NCBI GenBank assembly: GCA_963777495.1
Contig: CAVZQM010000001.1
Span: 195,537-259,536 of the forward strand
DNA length: 64,000 bases
Origin: an uncultured Actinomycetes bacterium
GTDB lineage: Bacteria; Actinomycetota; UBA4738; HRBIN12
Reading direction: 5' to 3'
The notes under the pieces were generated by a model. That model had not been told where the DNA came from. It worked only from the letters and a program-made list of their open reading frames with translations, and ran no database searches. Positions 1 through 9,859 of the stretch are shown piece by piece; position 1 is the stretch's first letter; each line of letters begins with the position of its first letter. Both the position numbers and the translations under genes were made by a program.

Positions 1-170
1 CAGGTCCTCGCGAGCGCGACGACGATCGCGAGGTTGCAGGACGCGGTCGACGTGCGATCGGTCGGAACCCGCGCGCTGAAAGGTAAGGGAGACGAGGTCG
101 ACGTCTTCGAGCTGGTCCGGGCCAACGTCTGAAGCGTGTGGCGGGTCCCGAGCGTGGGTAGGGTCGGTCG

Positions 171-1040
171 ATGAAGGTTCGTCGTCGCGCCCGATTGGAC
201 ACCTCGCAGGTCCAGGACCGCCGTGGCATGTCCGGTGGCACCGGGATCGCCGTCGGCGGTGGAGGGATCGGCCTCGTCATCGCGCTCGTGCTGGTGGTCA
301 TGAACGCCGTCGGCGGAGGAGACGCGGGCTCCATCCTCGAAGACCTCGCCGGGCAGACGGTCGGCGGGGGATCGGCGACCGGCGACCTGAGCCACTGTCA
401 GACGGGCGCCGACGCGCGCGAGAACGAGGACTGCCGCATCGTCGCGTACGTGAACAGCATCCAGGACTACTGGGACGGCCAGATGTCCGGTTACCGCGAC
501 GCGCCGACCGTGTTCTTCACCGGTCAGGTCTCCACCGCCTGCGGCCAGGCGTCGTCCGCCGTCGGCCCCTTCTACTGTCCAGCCGACGCCAAGATCTACA
601 TCGACCTCGGGTTCTTCCAGGACTTGGAGGACGACTTCGGTGCTCAGGGCGGCCCGCTCGCCGAGGCGTACGTGCTGGCCCACGAGTACGGGCATCACAC
701 CCAGGACCTCCTCGGGTTGTTCGCGCAGGGCGGCAGCGGCGGTCAGGGACCGCAGAGCGATTCCGTGCGGACCGAGCTCCAGGCCGACTGTTACGCGGGG
801 GTCTGGGCGGCGAACGCCGTCGAGACCGGATACCTGACGGCTCCCACCGATCAGGACCTGGCCGACGCGCTCGACGCCGCCGCGGCGATCGGAGACGACC
901 GGATCCAGCGCGAGACGCAGGGACAGGTCAACCGCGAGACGTGGACGCACGGCTCATCGGCGGATCGCCAGCGGTGGTTCCGGACGGGCTATGCGTCGGG
1001 CGACCCGAACGCGTGCGACACGTTCAGCGGTCCGGTCTGA
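171..1040 (+). CDS. putative neutral zinc metallopeptidase (YpfJ / Zn_peptidase_2 family), membrane-anchored
   Basis: Intact 289-aa ORF; N-terminal Gly-rich hydrophobic segment; HEYGHH (HExxH) zinc motif; overall similarity to YpfJ-type peptidases. Confidence 0.8.
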   Translation: MKVRRRARLDTSQVQDRRGMSGGTGIAVGGGGIGLVIALVLVVMNAVGGGDAGSILEDLAGQTVGGGSATGDLSHCQTGADARENEDCRIVAYVNSIQDYWDGQMSGYRDAPTVFFTGQVSTACGQASSAVGPFYCPADAKIYIDLGFFQDLEDDFGAQGGPLAEAYVLAHEYGHHTQDLLGLFAQGGSGGQGPQSDSVRTELQADCYAGVWAANAVETGYLTAPTDQDLADALDAAAAIGDDRIQRETQGQVNRETWTHGSSADRQRWFRTGYASGDPNACDTFSGPV

Positions 1041-1049
1041 CCCACGGGG

Positions 1050-1502
1050 TCAGCTCAGACCATTGCTCTTTCGAACCCGCTCGACCGCCCACCGCATCGT
1101 CTCGACGAACGATTCCCTGGCCTCGGGGGCCGAGAGCTTCGCGAGGGTGATGTCGGGGTAGTCCGGCTTGTCGAGCTTGAAGCCCGCGATGGAGCCCAGT
1201 CGCTGGCGGAGCGTTTCTTCCTGTTCCGCGATCCGGAACGGGTTGATCCGCCGAAGCGTCTTCAGCTGCACCGCGACCCGGCCGCCTTTGGAGAACAGGG
1301 AGAAGAGCTCGACGTCGTTGACCATGCCGGGGATGACGGACACGAACGACGCACCGGTCGTGTTCGGCGGCTGGTGGGTGGATCGCAGGCGCATCGAGGA
1401 CGTCGCGTCGATCAACATCCGGGTCGTCGTGGCCGCTTGCTCACCGTGGGTTTGCTCAACGGTCGTGACCAGCTCTTGGATCCATCCGGGCTCGGCCATC
1501 AC
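1050..1502 (-). CDS. hypothetical protein
   Basis: 150-aa ORF with GTG-ATG start preceded by GGTGGGGG; no recognisable family; codon usage consistent with neighbours. Confidence 0.4.
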   Translation of the reverse strand: MMAEPGWIQELVTTVEQTHGEQAATTTRMLIDATSSMRLRSTHQPPNTTGASFVSVIPGMVNDVELFSLFSKGGRVAVQLKTLRRINPFRIAEQEETLRQRLGSIAGFKLDKPDYPDITLAKLSAPEARESFVETMRWAVERVRKSNGLS

Positions 1503-1598
1503 CCCCCACCATAGCCGGAAGTCGGCCCGGTCGGTGAGGCGGCGGTCGATCGCTGCCCCATCCCGGTTGCCACCGATGTTCGCCTAGACTCCTCGCCG

Positions 1599-1970
1599 AT
1601 GGGCGTGGAGACGATCGAGGAGGGCGGGTTCGACCTCTCGGTGTTCGCTGACGAGCTCGCCGCCGCTCCGGGGAACCTCGCCGTCGGCACTTCGCGCCTG
1701 TTCGAGAACGATCGCGTGCGGGTGTGGGAGGTACGTCTGGCGCCCGGTGAGCGGACCCCTTTCCATGCGCACACGGTTCGGTACTTCTGGACGTGCGTGG
1801 ACGCGGGGGTGGCCCGCCAACGCTACGCGGATGGGACGCTGAAGGTCCTGCGCTACGCCGTGGGAGACACGATCTACTCGGAGCACACGCCCACGGAGCC
1901 GATGCTCCACGATCTGGAGAACGTCGGCGAAACGCCACTGCGGTTCGTCACGGTCGAGCTGCTCGGGTAG
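1599..1970 (+). CDS. cupin domain protein
   Basis: 123-aa ORF; two conserved His/Glu-containing cupin beta-barrel motifs (PFHAH..., EHTPTEP). Confidence 0.65.
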   Translation: MGVETIEEGGFDLSVFADELAAAPGNLAVGTSRLFENDRVRVWEVRLAPGERTPFHAHTVRYFWTCVDAGVARQRYADGTLKVLRYAVGDTIYSEHTPTEPMLHDLENVGETPLRFVTVELLG

Positions 1971-2019
1971 CGCATCGCCGCCGCTGTCACGGACGGCAGC
2001 TCCGGGGGAGGAGGCACGG

Positions 2020-2541
2020 ATGGGATTCACGGTCGCGAAGGTGATCGACGTCGCCGACGGCGTGCAGGAAGGGCAGTTCACCGTCGGCGCTCGCACGGAG
2101 CTCTCGTCGCTCGACGACCTCGATCCGATCTACCAGCAGCTCCTCGACGAGCCCGTGACGGCGGTCCTGGCGGTGACCGGCGACGATGGCCGTCCCAACC
2201 TGACACCGGTGTGGTTCGGTCATTCGTCGGACAAGGTGCTCCTGAACTTCGCGGAGCACCGGAGGAAGACCGGGTGGGTCCGCAACGAACCGCGGATGAC
2301 GATCCTGCTGCTCAACCCGGCGAACCCCTACCACTGGGTCAGCCTGAAGGTCACCGTGGAGCGGGAGATCACGGAGGACGATCCGATCGATGGGCACCTG
2401 GCGACCGAGACGATCGACGCCGCCTGGACGAAGTACACCGGAGCCGAACCACCGTACGGTTTGCGTGATCCGTCGTTGAGCGAACGGCGCGTCCTGTTCA
2501 TCTGCGGCATCGATCGTGTGGCAACGTTCGGCCGACCGTAG
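2020..2541 (+). CDS. PPOX-class (pyridoxamine 5'-phosphate oxidase-like) F420/FMN-binding protein
   Basis: 173-aa ORF with strong RBS GGGGGAGGAGG; PNPOx-like split-barrel signature (TPVWFGHS...LLNFAEHRRK). Confidence 0.7.
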   Translation: MGFTVAKVIDVADGVQEGQFTVGARTELSSLDDLDPIYQQLLDEPVTAVLAVTGDDGRPNLTPVWFGHSSDKVLLNFAEHRRKTGWVRNEPRMTILLLNPANPYHWVSLKVTVEREITEDDPIDGHLATETIDAAWTKYTGAEPPYGLRDPSLSERRVLFICGIDRVATFGRP

Positions 2542-2553
2542 CGTCGCTCCGGT

Positions 2554-3735
2554 ATGTGCGCGTGGCCGCGGGTGGGCGTCGTCGGCGGGTCGCTCGGCGG
2601 CCTCACCGCGGCGCTCGTCTTGCGCGACCTCGGGTGTCCCGTCGAGGTGTGGGAGCGCTCGACCGCCCAGCTCGAGAGCCGTGGGGCGGGGATCGTGGTG
2701 CTCGACGAGACGCTCCGCTATCTCCGTGAGCGCACCTCGACGGCGGACGACGACGTCACCATCGCCACCTCGATGGTGCGCTACCTCGATCCCACGGGCG
2801 CGATCGTGCACGAGCGCCGTCGGCCGTACCGGTACTCCGCATGGCATTCGATCTATCGGTCGCTGCTCACGAGGTTCGATGCCGACCACTACCACCTGGG
2901 CGTCGAGGTCACGGGGTTCGAGCCGGACGATGACGCGATACGGGTCGCGTTCCGCGATGGAGGAAGCGCATCCGTGGACCTGCTGGTCTGCGCGGACGGG
3001 ATCGGCTCGTCCGCGCGGCGCTCGCTCCTCCCCGACGTCGTCCCGGTCTACGCCGGGTACGCGGCCTGGCGAGGGACGGTGGCCGAAGAGCGGCTCGACG
3101 ACGCGACGCTCGCCGCGCTCGCGGATGCGGTCGTCTACCAGGTGATCCCGTCGAGCCACATCCTCGTGTACCCGATCCCCAACGTGGACGGAGCGACGGA
3201 ACCGGGGCGCCGGCTCCTGAACTTCGTGTGGTACCGCAACTACCCCGGCCCCGCGTTCGATGAGCTGATGACCGATCGGGATGGCGAGCGTCGCGATACG
3301 ACCCTCCCTCCGGGAACCGTGGCGCACGCTCAGATGCGCGAGATGCGCGCGTCCGCGGAACGCCACCTCGCGCCGGCGCTGGCCGCGACCGTGCTCGGAG
3401 CCGACGAGCCGTTCGTGCAAGCGGTCTTCGACATCGACGTCCCGCGCATGGCCTTCGGTCGAACGTGCCTGATCGGCGACGCGGCGTTCGCCCTCCGGCC
3501 GCACGTGGCGGCCGGCACGGCGAAGGCGGCATCCGACGGCTGGGCGCTCGCGGAGTCGTTGTCGACCGCTCACGGCGACGTTCCCTCGGCGGTCGAGGGC
3601 TGGGAGGCCCGGCAGCTCGCGGTCGGACGCGCCGCGCTCGAGCGGTCCCGCCGCAACGGCGAGCGGTCCCAGGTGCTGGGGACGTGGCGCCCGGAGGACC
3701 CGGACCTCAACTTCGGTCTGCTCGGTCCGCTCTGA
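2554..3735 (+). CDS. FAD-dependent monooxygenase (UbiH/aromatic hydroxylase-like)
   Basis: 393-aa ORF; N-terminal GxGxxG (VGVVGGSLGG); DG motif; C-terminal GDAAFALRPHVAAGTAKA FAD-binding fingerprint. Confidence 0.8.
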   Translation: MCAWPRVGVVGGSLGGLTAALVLRDLGCPVEVWERSTAQLESRGAGIVVLDETLRYLRERTSTADDDVTIATSMVRYLDPTGAIVHERRRPYRYSAWHSIYRSLLTRFDADHYHLGVEVTGFEPDDDAIRVAFRDGGSASVDLLVCADGIGSSARRSLLPDVVPVYAGYAAWRGTVAEERLDDATLAALADAVVYQVIPSSHILVYPIPNVDGATEPGRRLLNFVWYRNYPGPAFDELMTDRDGERRDTTLPPGTVAHAQMREMRASAERHLAPALAATVLGADEPFVQAVFDIDVPRMAFGRTCLIGDAAFALRPHVAAGTAKAASDGWALAESLSTAHGDVPSAVEGWEARQLAVGRAALERSRRNGERSQVLGTWRPEDPDLNFGLLGPL

Positions 3736-3741
3736 CGTCGG

Positions 3742-4194
3742 TCAGACGCCCGCCTCCAGGTTCGCCTTCAGCATCTTCATGCCTTTGTTCGTGGCCGGTT
3801 TGATGTAGGCGCTCAGGATGATCGGGAAGATCACGCCGCCGAACCCGTCGGGCTTGGGGAAGTCGATCGTCCGGTCGATCCGGGTCGCGTCACCGTGGGG
3901 CGTGAGGACGTACGTGTTGAGGTAGTCCTGACCCTTCTCCCGCCCTGTGAACTCGATCCGGCGAGGCTCATCGAACGCCGTCACCTCGACGTCGTTGCGA
4001 TGGTCCGCGTCCTTCGGCACCCAGCCGTACGACGTGAACGTGGTGCCGAGTCGGACGGGCCCGTCGACGCCTTCGACGCGATACGCCTTCGGCGACCATC
4101 GCGCATGCGTGGACACATCGGCGAGATACGCGAACACCTCGTCGGGCTTGCGGTTCACCAGCACGCTCAGCTGCGCCTTCGACCTGCCGCTCAT
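3742..4194 (-). CDS. SRPBCC family protein (polyketide cyclase/dehydrase-like)
   Basis: Start placed at internal ATG 4194 preceded by GGAGGGAGG RBS; 150-aa START/Bet v1-like fold protein; upstream 75 codons of the longer ORF look non-coding. Confidence 0.7.
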   Translation of the reverse strand: MSGRSKAQLSVLVNRKPDEVFAYLADVSTHARWSPKAYRVEGVDGPVRLGTTFTSYGWVPKDADHRNDVEVTAFDEPRRIEFTGREKGQDYLNTYVLTPHGDATRIDRTIDFPKPDGFGGVIFPIILSAYIKPATNKGMKMLKANLEAGV

Positions 4195-4280
4195 CGGTGC
4201 CTCCCTCCAGGGGTCCGACCGCCATGGTCGGCCCACCCCCACGACGAACGGGCGGTGGCGGTATCGACAGGGACGAGCGC

Positions 4281-5274
4281 CTACTCCGGTGGCTGCGACT
4301 CCACGATCTCGGTCGGCGCACTGTGTATCGCGGGGATGGTGCCGAGCTTGCCGGCCTGGTAGTCCTCGAAGGCCTGGCGGAGCTCGTCCTTCGTGTTCAT
4401 GACGAACGGCCCCATCCATGCGACGGGCTCGCGGATCGGCCGGCCACCGAGGAGCAGCACCTCGAGCGCGGGCGAGCGACTCTCCTGCACCTCGGCCGCG
4501 CGGACCGTGATCGTGTCACCGGGTCCGAACACGGCGAGCTGGCCGGTCGCGACGGCGATCCTCTCCACGCCCACCGTCCCCGCTCCAGCCAGCACGTAGG
4601 CCAGCGCGTTGAACGCCGGACTCCCATGGCACGTCCAGTGTCGCGCCGGGGGAGAGCGACGCGTGCACCATGGTCATCGGCGTGTACGTGTCGCCGGGAC
4701 CCGCCTGCCCGGCCAGGTTGCCGGCGATCACGCGGACCAGCGCCCCGGCGTCGGATGACGCCAGGAGGACGACCTCGTTCCCGCGGAGGTCCTGGTAACG
4801 CGGTGCCGCCCATTTCTCCGCCTTCGGAAGGTTGACCCAGAGCTGCAGTCCGTGGAAGAGCCCGCCGCTCACGACCAGATGCTCGGGCGGTTTCTCGATG
4901 TGCAGGATGCCGGCACCCGCCGTCATCCATTGCGTGTCGCCGTTCGTGATGACCCCGCCACCGCCGTTGGAGTCTTGGTGCTCGAAGATGCCGTCCATGA
5001 TGTACGTGACGGTCTCGAAGCCGCGGTGCGGGTGCCACGGCGTGCCCTTCGGCTCGCCCGGCGCGTACTCCACCTCGCCCATCTGATCCATGTGGATGAA
5101 CGGGTCGAGCTCGGACAGATCGACCCCTGCGAAGGCGCGGCGGACGGGGAATCCTTCACCTTCGAAACCGCCGGGGGCGGTGGTCACGGACCGGACGCGG
5201 CGGGGTGTCGCCGCTGGGTCGGTCGCCGGAAGGCGTCGCAAGGTGGTGACATCGTTGACGGTGATCGCTGGCAT
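4281..5274 (-). CDS. pirin family protein (frameshifted in this assembly)
   Basis: N-terminal 252-aa ORF ([11 protein letters not shown] cupin motif) and a 104-aa ORF in another frame carry the pirin N- and C-domains; frames switch near 4600-4630; strong RBS GAAGGAGGAAC before ATG 5274. Confidence 0.75.
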
Positions 5275-5322
5275 GTGTCGGTTCCTCCTTCTCGCTCCGC
5301 AGAACCGCCGAACCGGTTGCGC

Positions 5323-6315
5323 CTATTCCGCGCCCTGCGTCGCGAACACCTTCGCGAGTCCGGTCGCGAGCGTCTCCCGCGCGTCCTTCGCGGGTGTGTG
5401 ACCGGCGAGATCGAGCGCCATCAGCGCGGACCCGATCACCGGCGGGATCTCGAGGCGCTTGAGACGCGCGTCCGGCGCGACCGGGCGCACGGCCGCTTCC
5501 AGGGCATCGAGGAGGTCACCGCTCCCGCCGTTGAACAACTCCCGCGCCAACACCAGATCGAACGCCGTGTGCTCCATGCCCAAGGTCCGGACGATGTGCA
5601 CGGCCGTCTCCCCAAGCATCGCGCCCGCGCGGGCGAGCAGTCCGCGGGCGACCGCATCACCCTCCGCGGCGGCGTGCATCACCAGCGGGGAGAATCCCGT
5701 CACGTCGATCCGTTCTCGAGCCGTCCCATCCAGCAGGTCGACGACCGTCGCCGCAGCGGCCGCCCGGCACATCAGTTGTGTCAACGCGGTCTGGGGCCCG
5801 CGGCCCGTGAACGCGTCCGCCACCGCTCGGAGCGCGTCCTCGGAGACGTCGGTCTGGCTCCCGTAGTCTCCGAACTGCCGGCCGATCCCCAGGCTCCGAT
5901 ACTCGTCGCCCTCGCGGTTCCGACCGGCGACGACCGAGCCGGTGCCGGCGATGATGACGACGCCGAACGGCTGATCCGTGCCGGCCCGCAATGCCGCGAA
6001 CGAGTCGTTCACGATCCGGCATCGACCCTTCAACCCGATCGCCTCGGGGATCCCCGCCAGCCGGCGCTCGTCGACCGGGAAATCCACCCCCGCCAGCGCG
6101 AAGACGGATGCCTCGACGTCGTCCGTCGTCAGCTCCGCAGCGCTCAACGCCTCGGTGACGCACGATCGGAGCGCGCTCGCGGCCGCCGCGATGCCGTTCT
6201 GGTCCCAATCGGAGGAATCGTCGTTGGCGCCGAGCCCCAAGAGCGTGCCCGAGGCGTCGGTCAGGATGGCGTTGCTGTGGACCCCGTCACCCTCTACCCC
6301 AAGGACCAGCTCCAT
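5323..6315 (-). CDS. BadF/BadG/BcrA/BcrD-type ATPase (N-acetylglucosamine kinase-like sugar kinase fold)
   Basis: Intact 330-aa ORF; actin-like ATPase fold motifs (GVEGDG..., IIAGTGS); lies between pirin and the kinase/aminotransferase fusion on the same strand. Confidence 0.7.
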   Translation of the reverse strand: MELVLGVEGDGVHSNAILTDASGTLLGLGANDDSSDWDQNGIAAAASALRSCVTEALSAAELTTDDVEASVFALAGVDFPVDERRLAGIPEAIGLKGRCRIVNDSFAALRAGTDQPFGVVIIAGTGSVVAGRNREGDEYRSLGIGRQFGDYGSQTDVSEDALRAVADAFTGRGPQTALTQLMCRAAAAATVVDLLDGTARERIDVTGFSPLVMHAAAEGDAVARGLLARAGAMLGETAVHIVRTLGMEHTAFDLVLARELFNGGSGDLLDALEAAVRPVAPDARLKRLEIPPVIGSALMALDLAGHTPAKDARETLATGLAKVFATQGAE

Positions 6316-6343
6316 GCCTTGACCATACGACTCCTGGGGCGGG

Positions 6344-8737
6344 CTACCTCGGCGGCGTGGCGTCCGCGAGCACGCGATCGAGCGTGCTGAGCAGCACCTC
6401 TGCCTCCTGGCGCGTGACCACGAGCGGCGGCCGGACCTTCAGCACGTGTCCCTCGCGACCGGTCGTCCCGACCAGGACGCCGAGCTCCCGCATGGCGTTC
6501 AGCACCGCGCGTGCCTCGGCGACGGCGGGCTCGCGGGTGACGCGATCGCGCACGAGCTCGACGCCGATCAGGAGCCCCAGCGAGCGAACGTCGCCGATCA
6601 GATCATGCCGGCTCGCGAGCTCCTCGATCCCAGACCGGATCCACGCGCCCTGCGCCGCCGCGTTCGCTCTGACGCCCTCCTCCTCGATGACGTCCAGCAC
6701 GGCGAGAGCTGCCTCGCACGCCACGGGGTTGCCGCCGAACGTGCTGAACCACTCGGTCTCGCGAGCGAACCGGTCCACGATGTCCGCACGCGTGATCACG
6801 GCGGCGACCGGGTGGCCGTTGCCCATGGGCTTACCGAGCGTGACGATGTCGGGGATCACGCCATGAACGTCGAACCCCCATAGGTGCGATCCGGGTCGGC
6901 CGAACCCCGACTGGACCTCGTCGGCCACGAAGACGCCACCGGCGCCGCGCCAGCGCCGCACCGCATCCTGCAGGTACTCCGGCGGGGGTGCGAGGATGCC
7001 GTCGCTCGTGAATCCGGCGTCGACCACCATGGCGGCCGGACGGACACCCTTCGCGGCGAGCGCGGCGATCGCGCCGTCGACGTGCTCCGCGTAGTGCACG
7101 GCCCAGCCCGGCTCCTCGCGACGGTACCGGCCCCGGTATCCGTTCGGAGCGGGAACCGTCTCCACGTTCGGGGGAGCGGTCGCGTCCCGCCACTCTTCGG
7201 GCGACAGGTCGGCCACGACCGTGGTCACGCCGTGATACGCGTAGTCGGTTACGAGGCCGCCGGTCTCCCCCGTGACGGTCGTGGCCAGTCGCCACGCCAG
7301 ATCGTTCGCCTCGCTCCCGGAGTTCACGAGCATCACCGTGTCCAGCCCGTCGGGCATGGTGGCGGTCAGCCGCTCGGCAAGCTCTAGCGCCGAGTCGTGG
7401 AGGTACCGTGCGTTGGTGTTGAGCGTGGCCGCCTGCCGGGCGATCGCCTCGACCACGTGGGGATGCGCGTGACCCACGACGGGAACGTTGTTGTAGCAAT
7501 CGAGGTACGCGCGACCTTCGACGTCGTACAGCCACGCGCCGCTCCCGCGGACCAGGTGCAGCGGCCGATCGTACGACAGCGGCGAGATCGCCGAGCCGAG
7601 CAGGCGCGTGCGCCGTTCCACGAGTTCGTCGAACGAGCTGACGCTCCGGCGCACCGGGCGATCCGCGCGGCCGGCGGCGTGCATCGCCTCCCGGATCCGG
7701 CGCTGGTACGCCACGAGACCCATGTCCCGATAGGCGTCCAGCATCGCCCACACGCCGGCATCCCACCCGGTGATGTATTCGGCGTTCTCCGGGTAGCTCC
7801 GCACCCGCCAGGCCGAGATCACCGCCGTGGTGGCCCATCGCGTGAGCAGCAGGTCGGGCAGGAGCGCGACCTCGTCGTCCAGGAACGGCGTGACCGAGGC
7901 GTATCCGGCCGCGGTCGCCTCCAACGACTCGAAGTGATCGGGGCGCTCGCCCATCAACGGCTCGACCGTCGACACGAAGTCGCAGACCAGGGCGGAGTGC
8001 GCCATATCGCCGAAGTCGATGATGCCCGAAACGCGCTGCTCCGGATCGAGCAGGCAGTTGTCCGGTGTCAGGTCGTTGTGGATCACCTGGGCTCGGAGGT
8101 CGGCGAACACCGGATGCACGTGTTCCTCGAAGCGGTCGAGGACCTCCGCCACCACGGCGCGCCGCTCGGCGTCGGGGATGTGTCCGACCAGAGGACGGAG
8201 ATCCATCGCGTGCTTGATGTTCCACAGCAGCCGATGTCCGGCCGATGGGTGGAAGAAGCCGCGGAGCGCTCGTCCGAGCCGTGCCCCCGCGACACCGAAG
8301 GCGTGCAGCGTCTCGAGCCGAAGATCGACGGGTTCCATGGTCCGTCCCGGCAGCAACGTGACCATCCGGACGATGGAGGAGCGACCGTCGGGTCCGGTCA
8401 CGAGCGTCTGGAACTCGCCGTCGACGCTCGGCACCAGTCGCATCACCGGGAGCGTCGGGTCGGAGCGAGCCACGTGCAGCAACGCTCGCATCTGCATGTC
8501 GAGGACGCCCGGGTCGTCGGCGGGATTCGCGATCTTCAGCACGTACCCACGACCGTCGCCGGTCGTGACGGTCACGTTCTGGTCGCGCTCGCTGACGAGG
8601 GGGGTCGCGGTACCGGCGACGCCGAAGATCTCGGCGGCCGTGCGCTCAGCGTCGGCCGCCGAGAAGGCCGGAGGCGGGGCCTCGAGCGGGTCCGGCTCGC
8701 CGGCGACGCTCGTGATGTCCGCGGCGGCGTCCGTCAT
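6344..8737 (-). CDS. bifunctional APH-like phosphotransferase / class-III (PLP) aminotransferase-fold protein (kinase + putative phospho-lyase)
   Basis: Intact 797-aa ORF. N-terminal half has a protein-kinase-like fold with HNDLTPDN (Brenner HxDxxxxN) and IDFGD motifs. C-terminal half is a class-III aminotransferase with the PLP lysine in DIVTLGK and a DEVQSGFGR motif. Confidence 0.85.
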   Translation of the reverse strand: MTDAAADITSVAGEPDPLEAPPPAFSAADAERTAAEIFGVAGTATPLVSERDQNVTVTTGDGRGYVLKIANPADDPGVLDMQMRALLHVARSDPTLPVMRLVPSVDGEFQTLVTGPDGRSSIVRMVTLLPGRTMEPVDLRLETLHAFGVAGARLGRALRGFFHPSAGHRLLWNIKHAMDLRPLVGHIPDAERRAVVAEVLDRFEEHVHPVFADLRAQVIHNDLTPDNCLLDPEQRVSGIIDFGDMAHSALVCDFVSTVEPLMGERPDHFESLEATAAGYASVTPFLDDEVALLPDLLLTRWATTAVISAWRVRSYPENAEYITGWDAGVWAMLDAYRDMGLVAYQRRIREAMHAAGRADRPVRRSVSSFDELVERRTRLLGSAISPLSYDRPLHLVRGSGAWLYDVEGRAYLDCYNNVPVVGHAHPHVVEAIARQAATLNTNARYLHDSALELAERLTATMPDGLDTVMLVNSGSEANDLAWRLATTVTGETGGLVTDYAYHGVTTVVADLSPEEWRDATAPPNVETVPAPNGYRGRYRREEPGWAVHYAEHVDGAIAALAAKGVRPAAMVVDAGFTSDGILAPPPEYLQDAVRRWRGAGGVFVADEVQSGFGRPGSHLWGFDVHGVIPDIVTLGKPMGNGHPVAAVITRADIVDRFARETEWFSTFGGNPVACEAALAVLDVIEEEGVRANAAAQGAWIRSGIEELASRHDLIGDVRSLGLLIGVELVRDRVTREPAVAEARAVLNAMRELGVLVGTTGREGHVLKVRPPLVVTRQEAEVLLSTLDRVLADATPPR

Positions 8738-8792
8738 GAGGCATCACTCTAGACAACCGGGCGTCCGAGCCGGGAGCCGCGAGAGCGACGGG

Positions 8793-9737
8793 TCAGCCCG
8801 CGGCGGCGGCCGCGCGCTTCTCTTCGTACATCGTCGCGGTCGCATCCAGCATCGCGAGGTAGTTCATGATGCCCTCGCGTGCTTCCTTCGCTTCCTCCGT
8901 CAGATCCGTCAGCTGGTCGATCTTCCAGTGCTTGAACAACACGGGGAGGACGACCTGGTCGTGGTGGATGCGCAGGTCGTAGATGCCGGCCTTCGCCATC
9001 TGGATCGCCTTCGCCTTGAACTCGGGGATCTCGATGCCGGGCATCTGGAAGCCCACGACCTGCCGGTTGATCGCCAGCATCATGGCCGAGGGATCGATCT
9101 CGAGCGCGGCCTTCGCGAGCTCGCGGTAGAAGACGTAGTGGAGGTTCTCGTCGATCGCGATGCGCGCCGTGAGCTTCTCGATCAACGGGTCGTCCGTGTA
9201 TTGCCCGGTGTTGCGATGCGCGATCCGGGTCGCGAGCTCCTGGAGCGACGTATAGACCAGCCCGTCGAGGGGATCGGCGAAGAAGCCGCCCTGGCCGTCC
9301 GGGTAGTAGCCACGCGAGACGGTCTCCATCCGACCGCGCTCCAGTGCCACCGGGTCGAGGCCACGCGTCACGGTCAGGTAGTCCCGCAGCACGATCGCGT
9401 GGCGACCTTCTTCGGCCGTCCATCGGCGGACCCATTCGCCCCACACCCCGTCGCGACCGAACGTCTCCCAGAGCGCGAGGTGGTAGTAGGGGAGGTTGTC
9501 CTCGGTGAGGAGGTTGACCTCGAGCGAGACGCGAGAGATCTCACTCAGCTGACTGTCCGCCACCTCCCACGGTTCCTCGACGTAGTTCCGTCCCTTCTCG
9601 TACGGGACGTACTCGTGAGGGAACCACTCGGTGGCCTGGGACAGGTGCCGTTCGAGGCCCTTCTCCAGCGCAGGCTCGAGCTGCGTGAGCATGTCTGCAG
9701 GGGGTACGGCGGTGTCGGGTCGTCGTTGATCCAGCAT
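8793..9737 (-). CDS. desA: acyl-[ACP] desaturase (DesA1/DesA2-like di-iron stearoyl-ACP desaturase family)
   Basis: Di-iron ligand motifs (EENRH-like EEGRH, DENLH); start set at internal ATG 9737 with RBS GGAGGAA 4 nt upstream, matching the DesA1 N-terminus; the longer ORF has a TTG at 9824. Confidence 0.85.
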   Translation of the reverse strand: MLDQRRPDTAVPPADMLTQLEPALEKGLERHLSQATEWFPHEYVPYEKGRNYVEEPWEVADSQLSEISRVSLEVNLLTEDNLPYYHLALWETFGRDGVWGEWVRRWTAEEGRHAIVLRDYLTVTRGLDPVALERGRMETVSRGYYPDGQGGFFADPLDGLVYTSLQELATRIAHRNTGQYTDDPLIEKLTARIAIDENLHYVFYRELAKAALEIDPSAMMLAINRQVVGFQMPGIEIPEFKAKAIQMAKAGIYDLRIHHDQVVLPVLFKHWKIDQLTDLTEEAKEAREGIMNYLAMLDATATMYEEKRAAAAAG

Positions 9738-9859
9738 CGGTTCCTCCAGCCGGCTCTCGTTCGCCGTGGGTCGGGGCACTTCCGTGATCGCGACCGAGGG
9801 CTGGAGTCGCTCATCGCCGGACAACGTGCGGAGTGTCGCTCTCTAGCTTACGGCACGGC

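Noticed and set aside
4852-6390. 512-aa ORF on the plus strand
   Set aside because: Antisense to the pirin and BadF-type ATPase genes; low-complexity Arg/Asp/Gly-rich product with no family signal.
6831-8225. 464-aa Arg/Gly/Pro-rich ORF on the minus strand
   Set aside because: Off-frame overlap of the kinase/aminotransferase gene; composition typical of wrong-frame translation of high-GC coding DNA; no start context.
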